Of a stretch of DNA of 64,000 nucleotides, positions 1 to 14,624 are shown in pieces; within the stretch, counting starts at the first letter, position 1, and each line of letters opens with the position of its first letter. The DNA is from the human T2T-CHM13v2.0 reference genome, Homo sapiens. The notes beneath the pieces are model-generated. The model saw nothing but the letters and a program-made list of their open reading frames with translations. It was not told the origin of the DNA and did no database searches. The translations under genes and the position numbers were made by a program. The stretch lies in assembly GCF_009914755.1 (NCBI RefSeq), contig NC_060932.1, one strand, 5' to 3'.

Positions 1-619
1 CACTTGGGAAGGAAGCCCAGCTATCTCAAAAGAGAAGATTTATGCTATTCCAAAGCCTCAATGCAAGTAACCTCTTAAGTTAAATCAGTCATGGCTCTGA
101 ATTTAACTTCTTTTGATTTGCAAGTAGCAATGTCATTTGAGCTAATTATCAATTAATTGTTCAAGATTTGCTTTCAGTCGTATGCCATTACATATATTTC
201 CTCATGATTGATCTCATAAACCCATCTAAATTTGTAACTCCCATTATTGTCTCAATGCATCACAAATATTTCTTTCAAACTATTATTATCATTTTCAGTT
301 ATACAATTGTAAAATAATTTCCTTATTATTCACTTCTTCAAGTAGTTCTGTTGTGCTCATCCTCATGTTCTTATTTTTTATTGCCTGTTAGGTACTCACC
401 AAATATTTATTGGTTAATCATTTAGGTGATTGATTGCATGGGTTTGCAAGTTGGGTTACAAGACTATAGAGGTTTGTGGTTTTATGATTACACATATTTC
501 TGCAGGGAATGATTTCTTGATGATCCTGAAGGATTTCATCCAGTTCCCCATAGCTGGATATATGCTGTGAGTAAAACCTAAAGCTCAGAGAAGTTAAATA
601 GCTTTCTGCAGATTACACC

Positions 620-840
620 ACAATGGTTAAGAACATCAACTCTGGAGCTGGACTAGCTCCACTGCTTGTTAAATGTATGACCATGGGCAACTCACCTAAC
701 TTCTCTGTGTCCCAGGCTTCTCATTTGTAAAATGGGGATGATAAAAGTACCTCTGTCATGAGCTTGTTTTAGGATTTAAAGTACTTAAGAGAGTGTTTGG
801 CACCTAATAAGTGTTACTTACTATTAGCTATTATTATTAC
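620..840 (+). mobile_element. MIR SINE
   Basis: MIR core: ctcacctaacttctctgtgtcccaggcttctcatttgtaaaatggggatgataaaagtacc, then tggcacctaataagtg. Confidence 0.8.
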
Positions 841-1479
841 ATAATTGAAAATAATCTAGGCTTTCTAATTCCTAGAATCCTAAGCCCAACCTTGTGTTCA
901 ACACTGTGGTCGGGTTTTCTGTTACCTGTAGCTGAAAGCACCCCTAACAGACACAAAGAGGCAAAATTGAAGATATATTTCAAGCAGAAGAAAGTCTGAA
1001 CAAAGGGTCTGTCTTCCCAAGAGGTAGGTTGGAAGCCTAGCATGGCAGGCATGAGAGTGGATAGTAAAAAGAGAGAAGTGTGTGGGGAATGGCTACAAGT
1101 GAAAGTCCCTGAACGCTATAGGTGTGGATTTGTATTTATATTTTATAATAACAAGCTAACAGAGAATTTTAGACAGTTAAGTGATGTGATTAATATTGCT
1201 TATTTAGAAAAGTAATCCAGTCATTTTTCTACAGTGCACTGGAAGCAGGTTAAGAGAGAGGTATAGTAGTTTAAAGAAGGGATGAACCGAAACGGCAGTA
1301 ATGGAATGAAGGAGAGAGACCATCCACAAGAGAACTTCATGTTTCTGGCACCAGAAGACTCCTTACCTAGCAATAGCTAAAAAGCTGGGAAGTTTGGAGA
1401 AGGAGTTTAGAAGTGAAGTAGGACTATGGAGTCAAACTGTTGGATTGAATCATAGCTCCTCCACTTATTACGTGCATAT

Positions 1480-2640
1480 ACTTCTGCAAGATCCTCAATC
1501 TCAAAAAGCCAGTGTTCTCACCTGGGAAGATCTTCTTCTATGTTTTCTTCCAGATTTTTTATGGCGTCATGGTTTACATTCAAGATTGCGATCAATTTTG
1601 AGCAATATTTTGCATGTGGCATGAGGCATGAGTTATTTTTCATATGGATGTCAAATCATTCAAACATCATTTTCTCAATAAGACTACTCTTTCCCTCATT
1701 GAATTACCTTGGCACCTTTATTGAAAGTCAACTGTCCATGTATGTGTAAGTTTATCTCAAAATTCTATTTAGTTTTATGGATCAATATGTTTTTCCATTG
1801 TCTTAATTACGATAGCTTTATGGTAAGTTTTGAAATCAGGTAATGTGGGTTCCCAAACTTTATCTTTTCCAAAAATTTTGACTAGTTTAAGGCTTTTGAT
1901 TTTCCATGTCAATAAGAAGAGCTTGTCAATTTCTAGAAAAGGACTTGCTGGTATTTTAATTAGGATTATACTAACGTACATCAATCTGTAGATCAACTGG
2001 AGAAGAATTGACATATTTACAATTTTAAGTTTTCTAACATGTGAGTATGGTGTATTTCATGAGCAATGTTTTATTTTTACAAATAATTTATGTATCACAC
2101 ATATTTTGTTAGCTTTCTCCCCAAATATTTCCTGGTTTAATGCTATTATAAATGGCATACATTTTAAATTTCTGATTGTTTGTTGCTATTATATGGAAAA
2201 ACAATAGATGTTTATATTTTCGTAGGTATTTTGGATTATTTCTGTTTATATATGGATTAAATGTGCAAATGAAGACAACATTTTTTACTTCCAATCTTCA
2301 TCTCTTTTGTTTTTTTGTTGCTTTACTTCACTGAATAGGACCTCCAATACAATGTTGAATAGAGGTGGTGAGGGTGGATAGTCTTGCCTTGTTCCTTATC
2401 TTAGAAGAAAAGCATTTAGACTTCCATCATAAGTCTAATGTTAGCTGTTGGTTTTTCATGGATGATCCTTATCATATTCTAGAATTTTCCTTCTATTTCT
2501 GGTTTAGTGAGAATTTTTATGATGAATGGGTGTTAAACCTTATCAAATTATTTTTCTGTATCTATTAAGTGAAACATGTAGTTTTACTTTTATAAGCTGT
2601 CAAATTGGTGAGTTATATTGATTTTTGAATGCTGAAACAA
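1480..2640 (-). mobile_element. Old L1M ORF2 fragment
   Basis: Degenerate antisense ORF2; minus ORF 1775-2014 contains TLPDFKTYHKAIVIKT, an L1 ORF2 motif. Confidence 0.85.
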
Positions 2641-2920
2641 CATTTAAATGGTGAATGGTGAGTGAGTATGGAAATGTCTACCTGTGTTTTAAGCTCACAA
2701 TACATTTATGACTATTTTACTTTAAATACTAAACTCTCTCTTCAAAAGTTTAATGTTAAGAAAAAAATATCTTTTCTGTGTGACACTATTTTTACCATTT
2801 ATGGAACTCTTCATTTTTCTGTATATTGACTAAAATTTCCATCTGGTATCATACTGTGTCTGCCTGAAAAACTTCATTTAACATTTTCTATGGTGCATAC
2901 CTGCTGACAATGTATTTTCT

Positions 2921-3103
2921 TTTTTAAAAAATTTAATTATATTTTATTTTAAGTTCTGGGATAAATGTGCAGGACGCATAGGTTTGTTACATAGGTAAAC
3001 GTGTGCCATGGTGGTTTGCTGCACCTATCAACCCATCACCTTGGTATTAAGCCCCACATGCGTTAGCTATTTATACTGATGCTCTCCCTCCTCCTTCCTC
3101 CCA
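2921..3103 (-). mobile_element. 5'-truncated L1PA (about PA8-PA13) 3' end with 14-bp TSD
   Basis: gtttgttacataggtaaacgtgtgccatggtggtttgctgcacc; acaatgtattttct duplicated at 2907-2920 and 3104-3117. Confidence 0.9.
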
Positions 3104-3354
3104 ACAATGTATTTTCTCAGCTTTTGTTTGTCTGAAAAAGTATTTTGCCTTATCTTTGAAGGATATTGTCACTGGGTATAAACTGCTTACTTGTATAGTT
3201 TATGGGGATAAGTCTGCTTTAATTCTTATCTTGGTTTCTCTGTGTTTCTTTTTTCCTCTGGCTGCCTACAAAGTATTTTCTGTATTTTTGGTTTTCAGCA
3301 GTTTGACTCAAATTCATGTGCCTATGGGTGTGTGTATGTGTGTGTTTTATTCTG

Positions 3355-3459
3355 TGTAACCCCCTCATCTTGGGTGTGAGTGACTTCATTCTAAGGAAGA
3401 GAATATGGCAAATGTGACAGGTCATCACTTGGGAAATTAGGTTATAAAAGACAGTGATA

Positions 3460-3541
<82 letters not shown>

Positions 3542-3810
3542 GAGGAACTGAGACTTTCAGTCCAGCAACCCAGGAGAAAGTGAATCCTACCAAAAACCAC
3601 GTGGGTGAGCTTGAAACAAGATCCTGCCTGGGTTGAGCCTTGACATTCCGGGAGCTCCAACTGATGGCTTGACTGCAGCCTGTGAGAGGCTGAATCAGAG
3701 AAATTGGAGAAGCCATGCCCCGATTCCTGACTCACAGAAACAGATACTAAGCATTTGGTGTTTCAAGATGCTAAGTTTTAGGACTTGTTACACTGGAAAA
3801 GATAACTAAA
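3355..3810 (+). mobile_element. MLT1E/F-like MaLR LTR
   Basis: gaggaactgag...gtgagcttgaa...ttgactgcagcctgtgagag...ttcctgactcacagaaac...ctaagtttt. Confidence 0.75.
3463..3538. repeat. (CT)n microsatellite
   Basis: Direct reading; one GT interruption. Confidence 0.98.
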
Positions 3811-3939
3811 ACTGCTTCCAAGAGGGCACCCTCCAGTCTTGGGATAACTCAGTGGGGGCCCATGGCACAGACTTTGTGAGGGAGCACAGACTTGCCTAGT
3901 GTCGTGGCTTCCCCAGATTCTTAACTCCCAGGGTAGCCT

Positions 3940-4200
3940 ATACTCTGCCTTTAAAAACTGACTAACATTTCAGCTATTTACTTCTTCCTCTTCCTCCCCT
4001 GCTCTGCAAAAGTCACCCCATCTCTCTTTGGAGGAGTTGTCACTCTTTGGAATTCAGCACACCTGGGTGCCTTAGCTACTTAGCTCCCTCATAGGCTCAG
4101 GAAAAGTTACAATTTTGTGCACTGTCCAGATTTTTCTCACTGTTCAAGGGTGATGACTGTATCCTGCAGCTTTCTATATACTAATCAGAAGCAGAACATT
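3940..4200 (-). mobile_element. Old L1M 5'-end fragment
   Basis: Resembles antisense L1M 5' end (gctttctatatactaatcagaagcagaac); likely the host element of 2640-3350. Confidence 0.5.
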
Positions 4201-5059
4201 CACAATTATTTCTTAAAATTTAAACTCTTCCAATGTCCCATGCTCCCCCAACCCTTCATGTAGGGCAGGATGGAAATGTATTCAATGTCAATTTGGAGGC
4301 ACTTTTCTTTCCTCTATGGGACCGTATGGAAATCTCAGAATTACATGGTGTCTGAACACCAAGGCCTGGGTCTATGGCACCACCTTCTTTGGTACTGTCA
4401 CATTGGCTTCAGGCCACTTGGTCATTCTCCTGTCCCTACCACCCACTTCAGGAAACCCCTAAGGTTCCCTTGTGCCTATCCTCTCCTCTGACCACAGAGC
4501 CAGCATCCTGCGGCATTTCTCATGTGGAGGCCTGAGTCCCAGGGAAATACCTGGCTTCCTTCATCTCCTAAGTCTGGGGGAAGCTCAGACATCTTTTCAG
4601 AACAGTCAAGTCCATTTTCCATGGCCCTATTTCTGCCCTAACCCTTCCCCTAAGAAAAGGGTTGGGGGAATTCCTAAGATTACTTTCTCTTTTCTGGTGC
4701 CCCTCAGCATGGCTCTCTCTAAGGGCCTTTAGGAAGGTAATGGCAGCCCCTCTTGGTTGGAGTGGGTGTGAAGAGTGGTGATGCTACCAGCAGTTATTCT
4801 AATTTCTTAGTAACACATTTTATTACAAATGACCTATGTCTCTTTAGTTCCTAAATTCCAGTGTAACTCCCCGGTACAAGAGAGAGACTTAGAGCTTCAT
4901 CTACAATCAAGAAACGTGACATAATTCCTATGGTGAATTCACTGACAACTGAGCAACCAAGACCTATAGGAAGATATCTTTTAAGCAGTTAGCGGCTTAT
5001 TAAGCATTCAATCTTGAACTAGTGCATTAAAGAATGGTTATGATAATATCATCTCATTC

Positions 5060-5930
5060 TTCGGGAGGCTCCCAGTGGTTATACACTTCTCTCCTCATTT
5101 GTTGCCTAAAGCCCCTCCACTCTCATTGACAGCAGATGACCTCCTCTCATATTTCAGAGCATAAAGAAACTGTCAGACACAAACCCACTCCCCTTCTTTC
5201 CACTAAAGCTGCACAACTCACACCTGCATCTTTCCGGGAGGATGTTCTTCTCCCCTCAAGCTTTGTATGTCTGTAACTATTCTTACTGCCTGAAGGGCTT
5301 CCCCAGCCCGCAATTATATCCTCATTTTCTTGCATCATCAATCCATCTTGTTCTATAGCATAATTCTCATCAGCATATTTATATGTTCTAGTATCTCCTT
5401 CCTAAAAGCAAAGAAACTTCCTGCTGGAGAGGAAGGTGGGGTCAAACCTTTGTTGCCCGCATCTTCCTCTCCAGCAACTGCCATGGTTGCTGCACCCTTT
5501 CTCAACCAAATATATTTGAAGAGATGTTTCAACTTGCTCGCTCCTCATTCCTACGTATCCTTTTCTCCCTTTGGCATGATTCCCCACTCCTCCTCCACTT
5601 CCAGTTTCACCTTATATGTCCCTCAGAGAGGCCATCTCTGATCATGCTGCCAAAAATAGGCTTTCCTCTTTTAGTCTCTTTCTCAAAGCATTTGCTCAGT
5701 TCCCCCAGATGAATTACTATGACACATTTTTTTTCTGTTTGATTTTCTAAATGGTATGCTGATTGTTTGCTCTCTCACCAGAATATAAACTTCATGCAGA
5801 CAAGAACCATGCCCAACCTCCCCACTATTTTATTGTCTCTGATCAGCATAGACCCTCTCATGTAGGAGAGGCTCAATGTACTATGTGATGACTGACTGAG
5901 CATATGAATGAATAGATAGATGAATGAAAC
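5060..5930 (+). mobile_element. L2 fragments
   Basis: Pyrimidine-rich L2 body; 3' end agaatataaacttcatg...gctcaatg...atgaatgaat. Confidence 0.6.
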
Positions 5931-6430
5931 ACACCACTGAAAACAGAGCATTGGTTGTGATGTTTAAAATAACACTTCTTGGACTGTGGCATGGCTATTT
6001 TTAAAAATTCATTGTGTTATTCTTTAGTTTGGTTGAACTTGTTATTACAATGCTCAAATGACAAAGCTGCAATGATATCAAGTTGTTTGCTCCACACATC
6101 TTTCATGAGTAATACAGCTGTAAATACATATTTTTAAGCTATTTCCCGAGCTACAAATCCTTCATAAGTTTCTGATTTCCAATTTTAAGAATTCTAAGAT
6201 TAGATGATTTACAGTGTTCCAGTCCTCTGTGAGGCACATTTTCCCATTTTTTTCTTGAATCTTGGGCACTATCTGAAGTTGCATTCTACAGAAAGACAAG
6301 CAATGATTTTGTAAAATATATGGTATTGTCATTTCAAAACTGGCTAAAATTTAACTTTATTAAGATCTCCATCTATCAAATTTCTTGAAGTTTTCAAGGA
6401 GCACTAACACAAACTCGAATGAGCTTTTAA

Positions 6431-6499
6431 ACCCTAAAACTTAAAGTATAATAATAATAAAATAAAAAATAAAAAAAGCAAAACAAAAAAGGAAAAAAA
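6431..6499 (+). mobile_element. Extreme 3' tip of a young L1PA plus A-rich tail
   Basis: accctaaaacttaaagtataataataataaaataaaaaa matches the young L1PA2/3-type terminus. Confidence 0.8.
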
Positions 6500-7749
6500 T
6501 ATTTTACAGAAGTCCATTAAAACAAAATACACTTTTTTTGCTGTATTTCATTTGCCTTTACTGGTGATAACCACCAGAGTATTTTTGTATAAATCAAAAC
6601 TCTCTCCCTTTTAGTCTGACTATTCTTCCAGCCTCATATGCACAGTGTTGTCACCGACTATTGTTTACAACATCATGGCACTTTATTATGAATGTGCTTA
6701 TGAATACATGAGCAATGTTTAGGGCCTTCATTCAGCATAACACATCCCCAATCATGGCCCCCCTTTTTTCCCCTTGGACCTTATCAAAGCCTTACTATTG
6801 AAACTGTTCCTACAAGTGGAGATTTGTAGATTTGTATTCAAAATCATGTGACATTATACAGAAGCAATTCAAAAGGAAAAGAAGTTAAAAAAAAAAAAAA
6901 AAACCCAAATTGTCAAATGCTTCCACTGCTAGAAACATTAGGAAAGCAAGAACTCTCCAATCACCCCCTTTGATCTTCAGGTGGCAGCAGAAAACCCAAA
7001 GCTGGCACACCAATGATGGGCAAAAGGAAATCCTTCTGAAAACATTCAGCCATCTCCTAAGATTACAATCATTCTCAGTTTCATTTTCTGAAAGATGTAT
7101 AAAAAATTGGATTTTGTGGTTTTTTAACAGCTTTGCAGCTAGTGGAGAAAAAACCAAGTAGGAGGGAAAATCATATGAGTCAAAAACATCTCCTGGTGTT
7201 ATATTCCAGTTCTTTTATTTGCAATGCTCCTCCATCCCCAAAGGACTCAGTCAATAAATTATTAATTTATTCTAGCACCATCATGTTTGATAGCTGAGCT
7301 GTGGCCGTGCTACCATTTGATTAGTCTTTTCCAAGAATCTAAAGTTACCAAAAGCAACAAGGTTGCTCATAATATTAGGAGGAAATAGTACCTTTGTTCT
7401 GACTTATTATGGGTTTAGTTTTATCATGTCACTCCAACAATCTTTGCCTTTGAGAAATCTTTTAAGGGTCATAACAACTTATATCAAAGGGATGGCTCCT
7501 TTCTCCCTCTCCTCCAAAGAATCTTAGAAAAACCTGAGAAATATTGAAACTAGTGCCTTTAGTTACATAAGAATCCTATAAAAGATTTTGGGGTTCTTTT
7601 AAAAAGATTTTTAAAAGTAATTTTTGACATCCTCTGGAAACCTTAAACATCCAATGCTAATGTGGGCTTTATTCCTATGCCTCTTGATGTTCTTGATATA
7701 CACATGATAAATTACTAGCTTTACCACTCTTTGGATCTGGTCATTAAAT

Positions 7750-7893
7750 TTGGTTTGTTTGTTTGTTTGTTTGTTTTAGAGACAGTGCCTCCCTATGTTG
7801 CCCAAGCTGATCTAAAACTCTTGGCCTCAAGCAGTCCTCCCACCTCAGCCTCTTGAGTAGTTAGAATTGTAGCCACGAGCCACTACATTCAGC
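7750..7893 (-). mobile_element. FLAM (Alu monomer) with (GTTT)n tail
   Basis: agagacagtgcctccctatgttgcccaagctg...ctcaagcagtcctcccacctcagcc. Confidence 0.85.
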
Positions 7894-9294
7894 TACATAA
7901 GCTGGTCATTTTTAAACACCTGAGCTGTCTATGTAATGCCTCAAGTTAACATGGTGAAAATGGTCAATAGAAGCCCTAATGTCAAGGTGACCTTTCTGTG
8001 ATGATGATCATTGTTCAATTGCATAAAAATCAACAGCTTCAAAACCATTTTTTGACACAGTAGTTTAGTTTGCCACATTATTTCAGTATTATAGTTAAAA
8101 TACCTGATGTAAAAGAAATGTAATTTTGTGTTTATGCTAAGTGCTAACAAAAAAAAATGTGTGTTCTCTAAAGGCAATTGAATTCTAACTGCTTTATTTT
8201 AAGTTCACCCACTACTGCTGATGTGAAGCCCCATATTAATAGAGTTAGTATTGGCTTACCTGTTCTGGAGTCCTTGAAGCACCATAATCTTTAAGTAGGA
8301 AGACCACACATCCTGGACACAAAGTCAGTATACTCATCTCTTAGTCCATTTATAAATGCAGGCGTACTTCTCAATGTAACAGGCCTGCTATGACAAGGAC
8401 AAAAATGACACTATTCCTTCTATGTGTTGCTTTGTGGTCGCTTCTGTTTTTAATTTAGGGGTGAGGGTAACATCTCACCCTGCTAGTTTCCAATGGTCAT
8501 TCCAAAGTTGTAATGTCTTAAATACAGGCTACACTTCTTTGTTGAAATAATATCAGATTTAATGAGTATCTTTTATGTGCTAATCTATCTTCTAGATGGT
8601 ATCATATACATTGTAGCTACTGACCCACAAAACAATAGTATGTTTATTATTTCAGTGATAACAGGCATGAAAACCTCGAGAGGGACATTGTAACTCACCT
8701 TTCCTTTTCACCTTACCAGTTTTCATGCTAGCATTGGTTCAAATTTCAAGGCCAACTTTAATTTGGTTTTAAGATGCTTGTCAATATTATAGCCATTTTA
8801 AAAGAGATATTTCTGTTTAAATATCTTTTGCTTCAGTTAATAAATACAGAAGGTATTTGAAGTAAACAAGATAATTCTTCTTAATGCCCAGTGCTGTTTG
8901 CTAATTATTGTTTCAATATTAGGATTATAGTGACAGTCATAGAAGACAAGGCTGGGGTGGTAGTTTTAAATCTTGCACACAATTTTTTGGACAATTTTTT
9001 ACTTGAAAGGTCAGTCCTCCTCCCTTTGAGTGACAGCTACTTAATGGCTTGCTTCTAATATGGCCAAAGAGACCATGTATGAATTCCAAGACTAGGCCAT
9101 AAGATGAATTGTGTCTTCCTGCCTGGTCTTGCAGTTAGAGCCCACGTTCTAGGGGAAGGCAGCTGCCACATCTTGAAGACTCTTAAACAACCATGTGGAG
9201 AAGTCCACATGGCGAGGAACTGAGGCCTCCTGCCAACAACCAGGTGAACAAGCTGCTGTGGAAGCAGATCTTGTACCTCTAATCAAGCTTGCAA

Positions 9295-9467
9295 CAGGGG
9301 TCAATGAACTATAGTGCATAGGCCAAATCCCTCTGGTGGCCTGTTTTTGTATAGTCCTAAAGCCTAGAATGATTTTACATTTTTAAAAGCAGGTGAACAA
9401 AAAGAAGATGATATGACAAAGAATGATGGTGTCCACAAAACCTATTTGCTATGCGCTGACTGCTGCT
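9295..9467 (+). mobile_element. MER58-like hAT MITE
   Basis: caggggtcaatgaactatag...ggccaaatcc...cctgtttttgta...tagaatgattttacatttttaaa. Confidence 0.7.
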
Positions 9468-9498
9468 CCAAATGACTGTAGCTGCAATCTCATGAGAG

Positions 9499-9879
9499 AC
9501 TTTGAGCCAGAATCATTAGCTAACTAAGCTGCTCCAGAATTCCTGCTGGTCAGAACTATGTGTATTAGTCCATTCTCACACTGCTATAAAGAACTACTGG
9601 AGACTGGGTAATTTACGAAAAAAAGAGGTTTAATTGATTCGCAGTTCCACAGGCTGTACAGGAAGCATGGCTGGGAGACCTCAGGAAACTTTGAGCCAGA
9701 ATCATCAGCTAACTAAGCTGCTCCAGAATTCCTGCTGGTCAGAACTATGTGTATTAGTCCATTCTCACACTGCTATAAAGAACTACTGGAGACTGGGTAA
9801 TTATGAAAAAAAGAAGTTTAATTGATTCGCAGTTCCACAGGCTGTTCAGGAAGCATTGCTGGGAGGCCTCAGGAAACTT
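9499..9879. repeat. Tandem duplication, 2 x ~189 bp
   Basis: Units start at 9499 and 9688; about 7 differences by eye. Confidence 0.97.
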
Positions 9880-10130
9880 ACAATCATGGTGGAAGGTGAA
9901 GGGGAAGCAAGCACATCTTACCATGGTGGAGCAGGAGAGAGAGAGTGAAGGGGGATGTGCTACACACTTTTAAACAACCAGATCTTATAAGAACTCACTC
10001 ATTATCATGAGAACAGCAAGAGGGAAATCCACCCCCATGATCCAATCACCTCCCCTCTGTCCCTCCCTCAACACTAAGAATTACAATTTGACATGAGATT
10101 TGGGTGGAGTCACAGAGCCAAACCATATCA
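9561..10130 (-). mobile_element. MSTA-like solo LTR (its left part lies in a tandem duplication)
   Basis: tgtattagtccattctcacactgctataaagaac...aaaccatatca with 5-bp TSD ctatg on both sides. Confidence 0.9.
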
Positions 10131-10219
10131 CTATGTAAAAAAAATAAATGTTTATTATTGTTTTAAGGTACTAGGTTTGAGGATAATTTTTTACACCACA
10201 ATAGATAGCTAATGCACCT

Positions 10220-11200
10220 GGTTATAATATGAACCCCATTTCACCTTAGACACTAATTACTCACATTTTCCCCACTGACATTCTATTTTTAACAACTACC
10301 CATACTCCAGATTTAATCAATTGTTTCCTCAAGATTAAATTCAGGTTAATCACGTTTCTCAAGAACAGTACATCAGCGATGGGTACTTCTCATTCTTCAC
10401 ATCAGGAAGTACACAAGATCAACGTGTCCCAATATTGATATTTAGTTTGTTCACTTGGCTAAGGCCATGTCTGCAAGGCATTTTCACAATAAAGGTAAGG
10501 TTGTTCCTTTGTAATTAATCAATAATCTGAGAAGTACTTTGAAACCATGTGAATAACCTGTTTTCCAAAAACATTTCACCCAGTGGTTTTGGACTCCATC
10601 TGTGATTGTTTCCTGAGTCATGTATTGCCTTCACTGTTGTCGAATTGTGATTCTTAAACCTCTGTCAATACCATGCAAAAATAGAATCGCCTGGCTGAGA
10701 CATATCTGAATTAATGGCTGACAAGATTTGAGCCATAAGACATTGGTTGTTGTTTTAAGCCAGATGTGTCTCACAAAATTTGTATGTTGCAACTTAATTG
10801 CCAATGTGATAATGTTAAGAGGAGGGGCCTTTAAGAGGTGATTAAGTCATGAGGGCAGAGGTCTCATGGATGGGATTAGGGCCCTTATAAAAGGGCTTAA
10901 GGGAGTGGGTTTACTCTCTTTTGCTCCTCTCCCATGTGAAGAAATATTATTTGTACCCCTATTTTTGCCCCTCCATCCCTTCTGCCATGTGAAGAGACAC
11001 AGATGGTGTCATCTATAAGGAAGAGGCCTTCACCAGACACTGAACCTACTGGTATCTTGATCTGGTACTTCCCAGCTTCAGAATTGTAAGAAATAAACTT
11101 CTGTTCTTTATAAATAAAAAAAAAAATTCTATTATTTCTCCTACAGATATTAGCTTGCATTACACAATAAAGAAGAGGTTTCTGATCCTCCTCCCTCCCT
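10220..11200 (-). mobile_element. L1MC4/5-like 3' region (host of the insert at 10668-11126)
   Basis: ttgtttcctcaagattaaattcaggtt...catcaggaagtacac...tactttgaaaccatgtgaataacctgtt. Confidence 0.6.
10763..11115 (+). mobile_element. MSTC/D-like LTR truncated at its poly(A) site
   Basis: ggggcctttaagaggtgattaagtcatgagggcagag...aaataaacttctgttctttataaat, then A11. Confidence 0.85.
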
Positions 11201-11479
11201 TTTTTAAGAATCACATATATACATGATTATATATATAGAAGTTGACTATGAATTTTACTGATATAAAAGATGTATGTAGCATACCACTTTAAACAACTAA
11301 AATACATTATATTCTTTACTGTAATTTTCATTTAGCCAATTAATTCTCAAAGAATGCTTTCACTGACTCTTGCCAATTTCTTAAATCCAAAGCCAGTGAT
11401 GGCTGCAATATATCTACGATTTGATCACTTTTTCTGTTATTCACAATGTGACAGCTACAGAGTATACATACTTTTAAAA

Positions 11480-13075
<1,596 letters not shown>

Positions 13076-13089
13076 TATGTTTTCTATTT

Positions 13090-13450
13090 TAAATATAGCA
13101 CACTTTTAAGTTTATTGTGCATTATTGACATTCTTCACTTTCTCAAGTTTAGGCAATCAACCGGACAATATATCCAGACCTAATGTGTAAAATTTGCCAA
13201 TTCCTCTTGTGTAAATACTCACACTATGACCAATTTCTAGTTATCAACCTGATTTATCTCAATGCAGAGTTGGGAAGAAATGTACACTAGCACACTATTA
13301 TACAACATTTCCACCATACAAATAAAATAGGCATATATAACCTTGAGAGCACAGATAGTAGCAAAATGTGATAAAATATTTAGAAAGTGATGTTTTGAGT
13401 ATTTATTTCCTTTGTTTTTAATATAATTTATTTTACAATAAGTTTATCTA
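13090..13450 (+). mobile_element. MER63-family hAT fragment
   Basis: gtgtaaatactcacactatgaccaatttc...tgcagagttgggaagaaatg; related to the 16638 copy. Confidence 0.65.
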
Positions 13451-13777
13451 ATTTATTTTATAGTAAATGTTCCTTTTTACTGCTGAATAGTATGTCATTA
13501 TATGGGTATACAACTTGAGAACTCATTTACTTGTTGAATAATTGGATATTCGGCTAGTTGGGTTGTTTCTGTTTGGGGGATATTATAAATGAAATCACTA
13601 AGGACACTCTTCTACAAAGTTTTGTGTAGATATAAATTTTTTCCCTTGAATAAAAATAAAGTTCAAAAAAAATTACAATCGGCTCATACAAGCTTGTATT
13701 TATCCAGCAAACCACTGGGTAAATACCTACTAGTGGAGTTGCTGGGTTGTAAGCTAGGTAAATATTCAATTTTGTAG

Positions 13778-14213
<436 letters not shown>

Positions 14214-14225
14214 TAACATTTGGTG

Positions 14226-14620
14226 TTTTTATGGGTTGAATTGTGTCAGCCTCCAAAAACATGCTGACGTTCTAACGTCCAATAGCTCAGAATGTGACCT
14301 TATTAGGAAATAGGTCCATTGCAGATGTAATTAGATAGGATGAGGTCACTACAGTGGGCCTAATCCAATATGACTTTGTCCTTATAAAAAGGGAAAATTT
14401 GGGCATAGAGACAGATAAACACATAGGGAGAATGACAAGAACATGAAGGCAGAGATTAGGGTGATGTATTCACAAGCCAAGGAGGACCAAAGATTGCCAG
14501 CAACCCCCCAGAAGCCGGCGTAAACTCCCTCACAGCCTCAGAAGGAACTGACCTTGCTGACACCTTGATCTCAGACTTCTAGCCTCCAGAACTGTGAGAC
14601 AATAAATGTCTGCTGTTTAA
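14226..14620 (+). mobile_element. MLT1C/B LTR lacking its 3' terminus
   Basis: tatgggttgaattgtgtc...caagccaaggaggaccaaagattgccagcaacc...tagcctccagaactgtgagacaataaatgtctgctgtttaa. Confidence 0.9.
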
Positions 14621-14624
14621 CTCC

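Larger units (their letters stand above)
8950..10215 (+). mobile_element. MLT1F/G-like LTR, interrupted by MER58 and MSTA
   Basis: ggagaagtccacatggcgaggaactgaggcctcctgccaacaacc; resumes after MSTA with aataaatgtttattattgttttaag. Confidence 0.75.

Noticed and set aside
3442-3735. ORF with an (RE)n tract
   Set aside because: Translation of a (CT)n microsatellite inside an MLT1 LTR.
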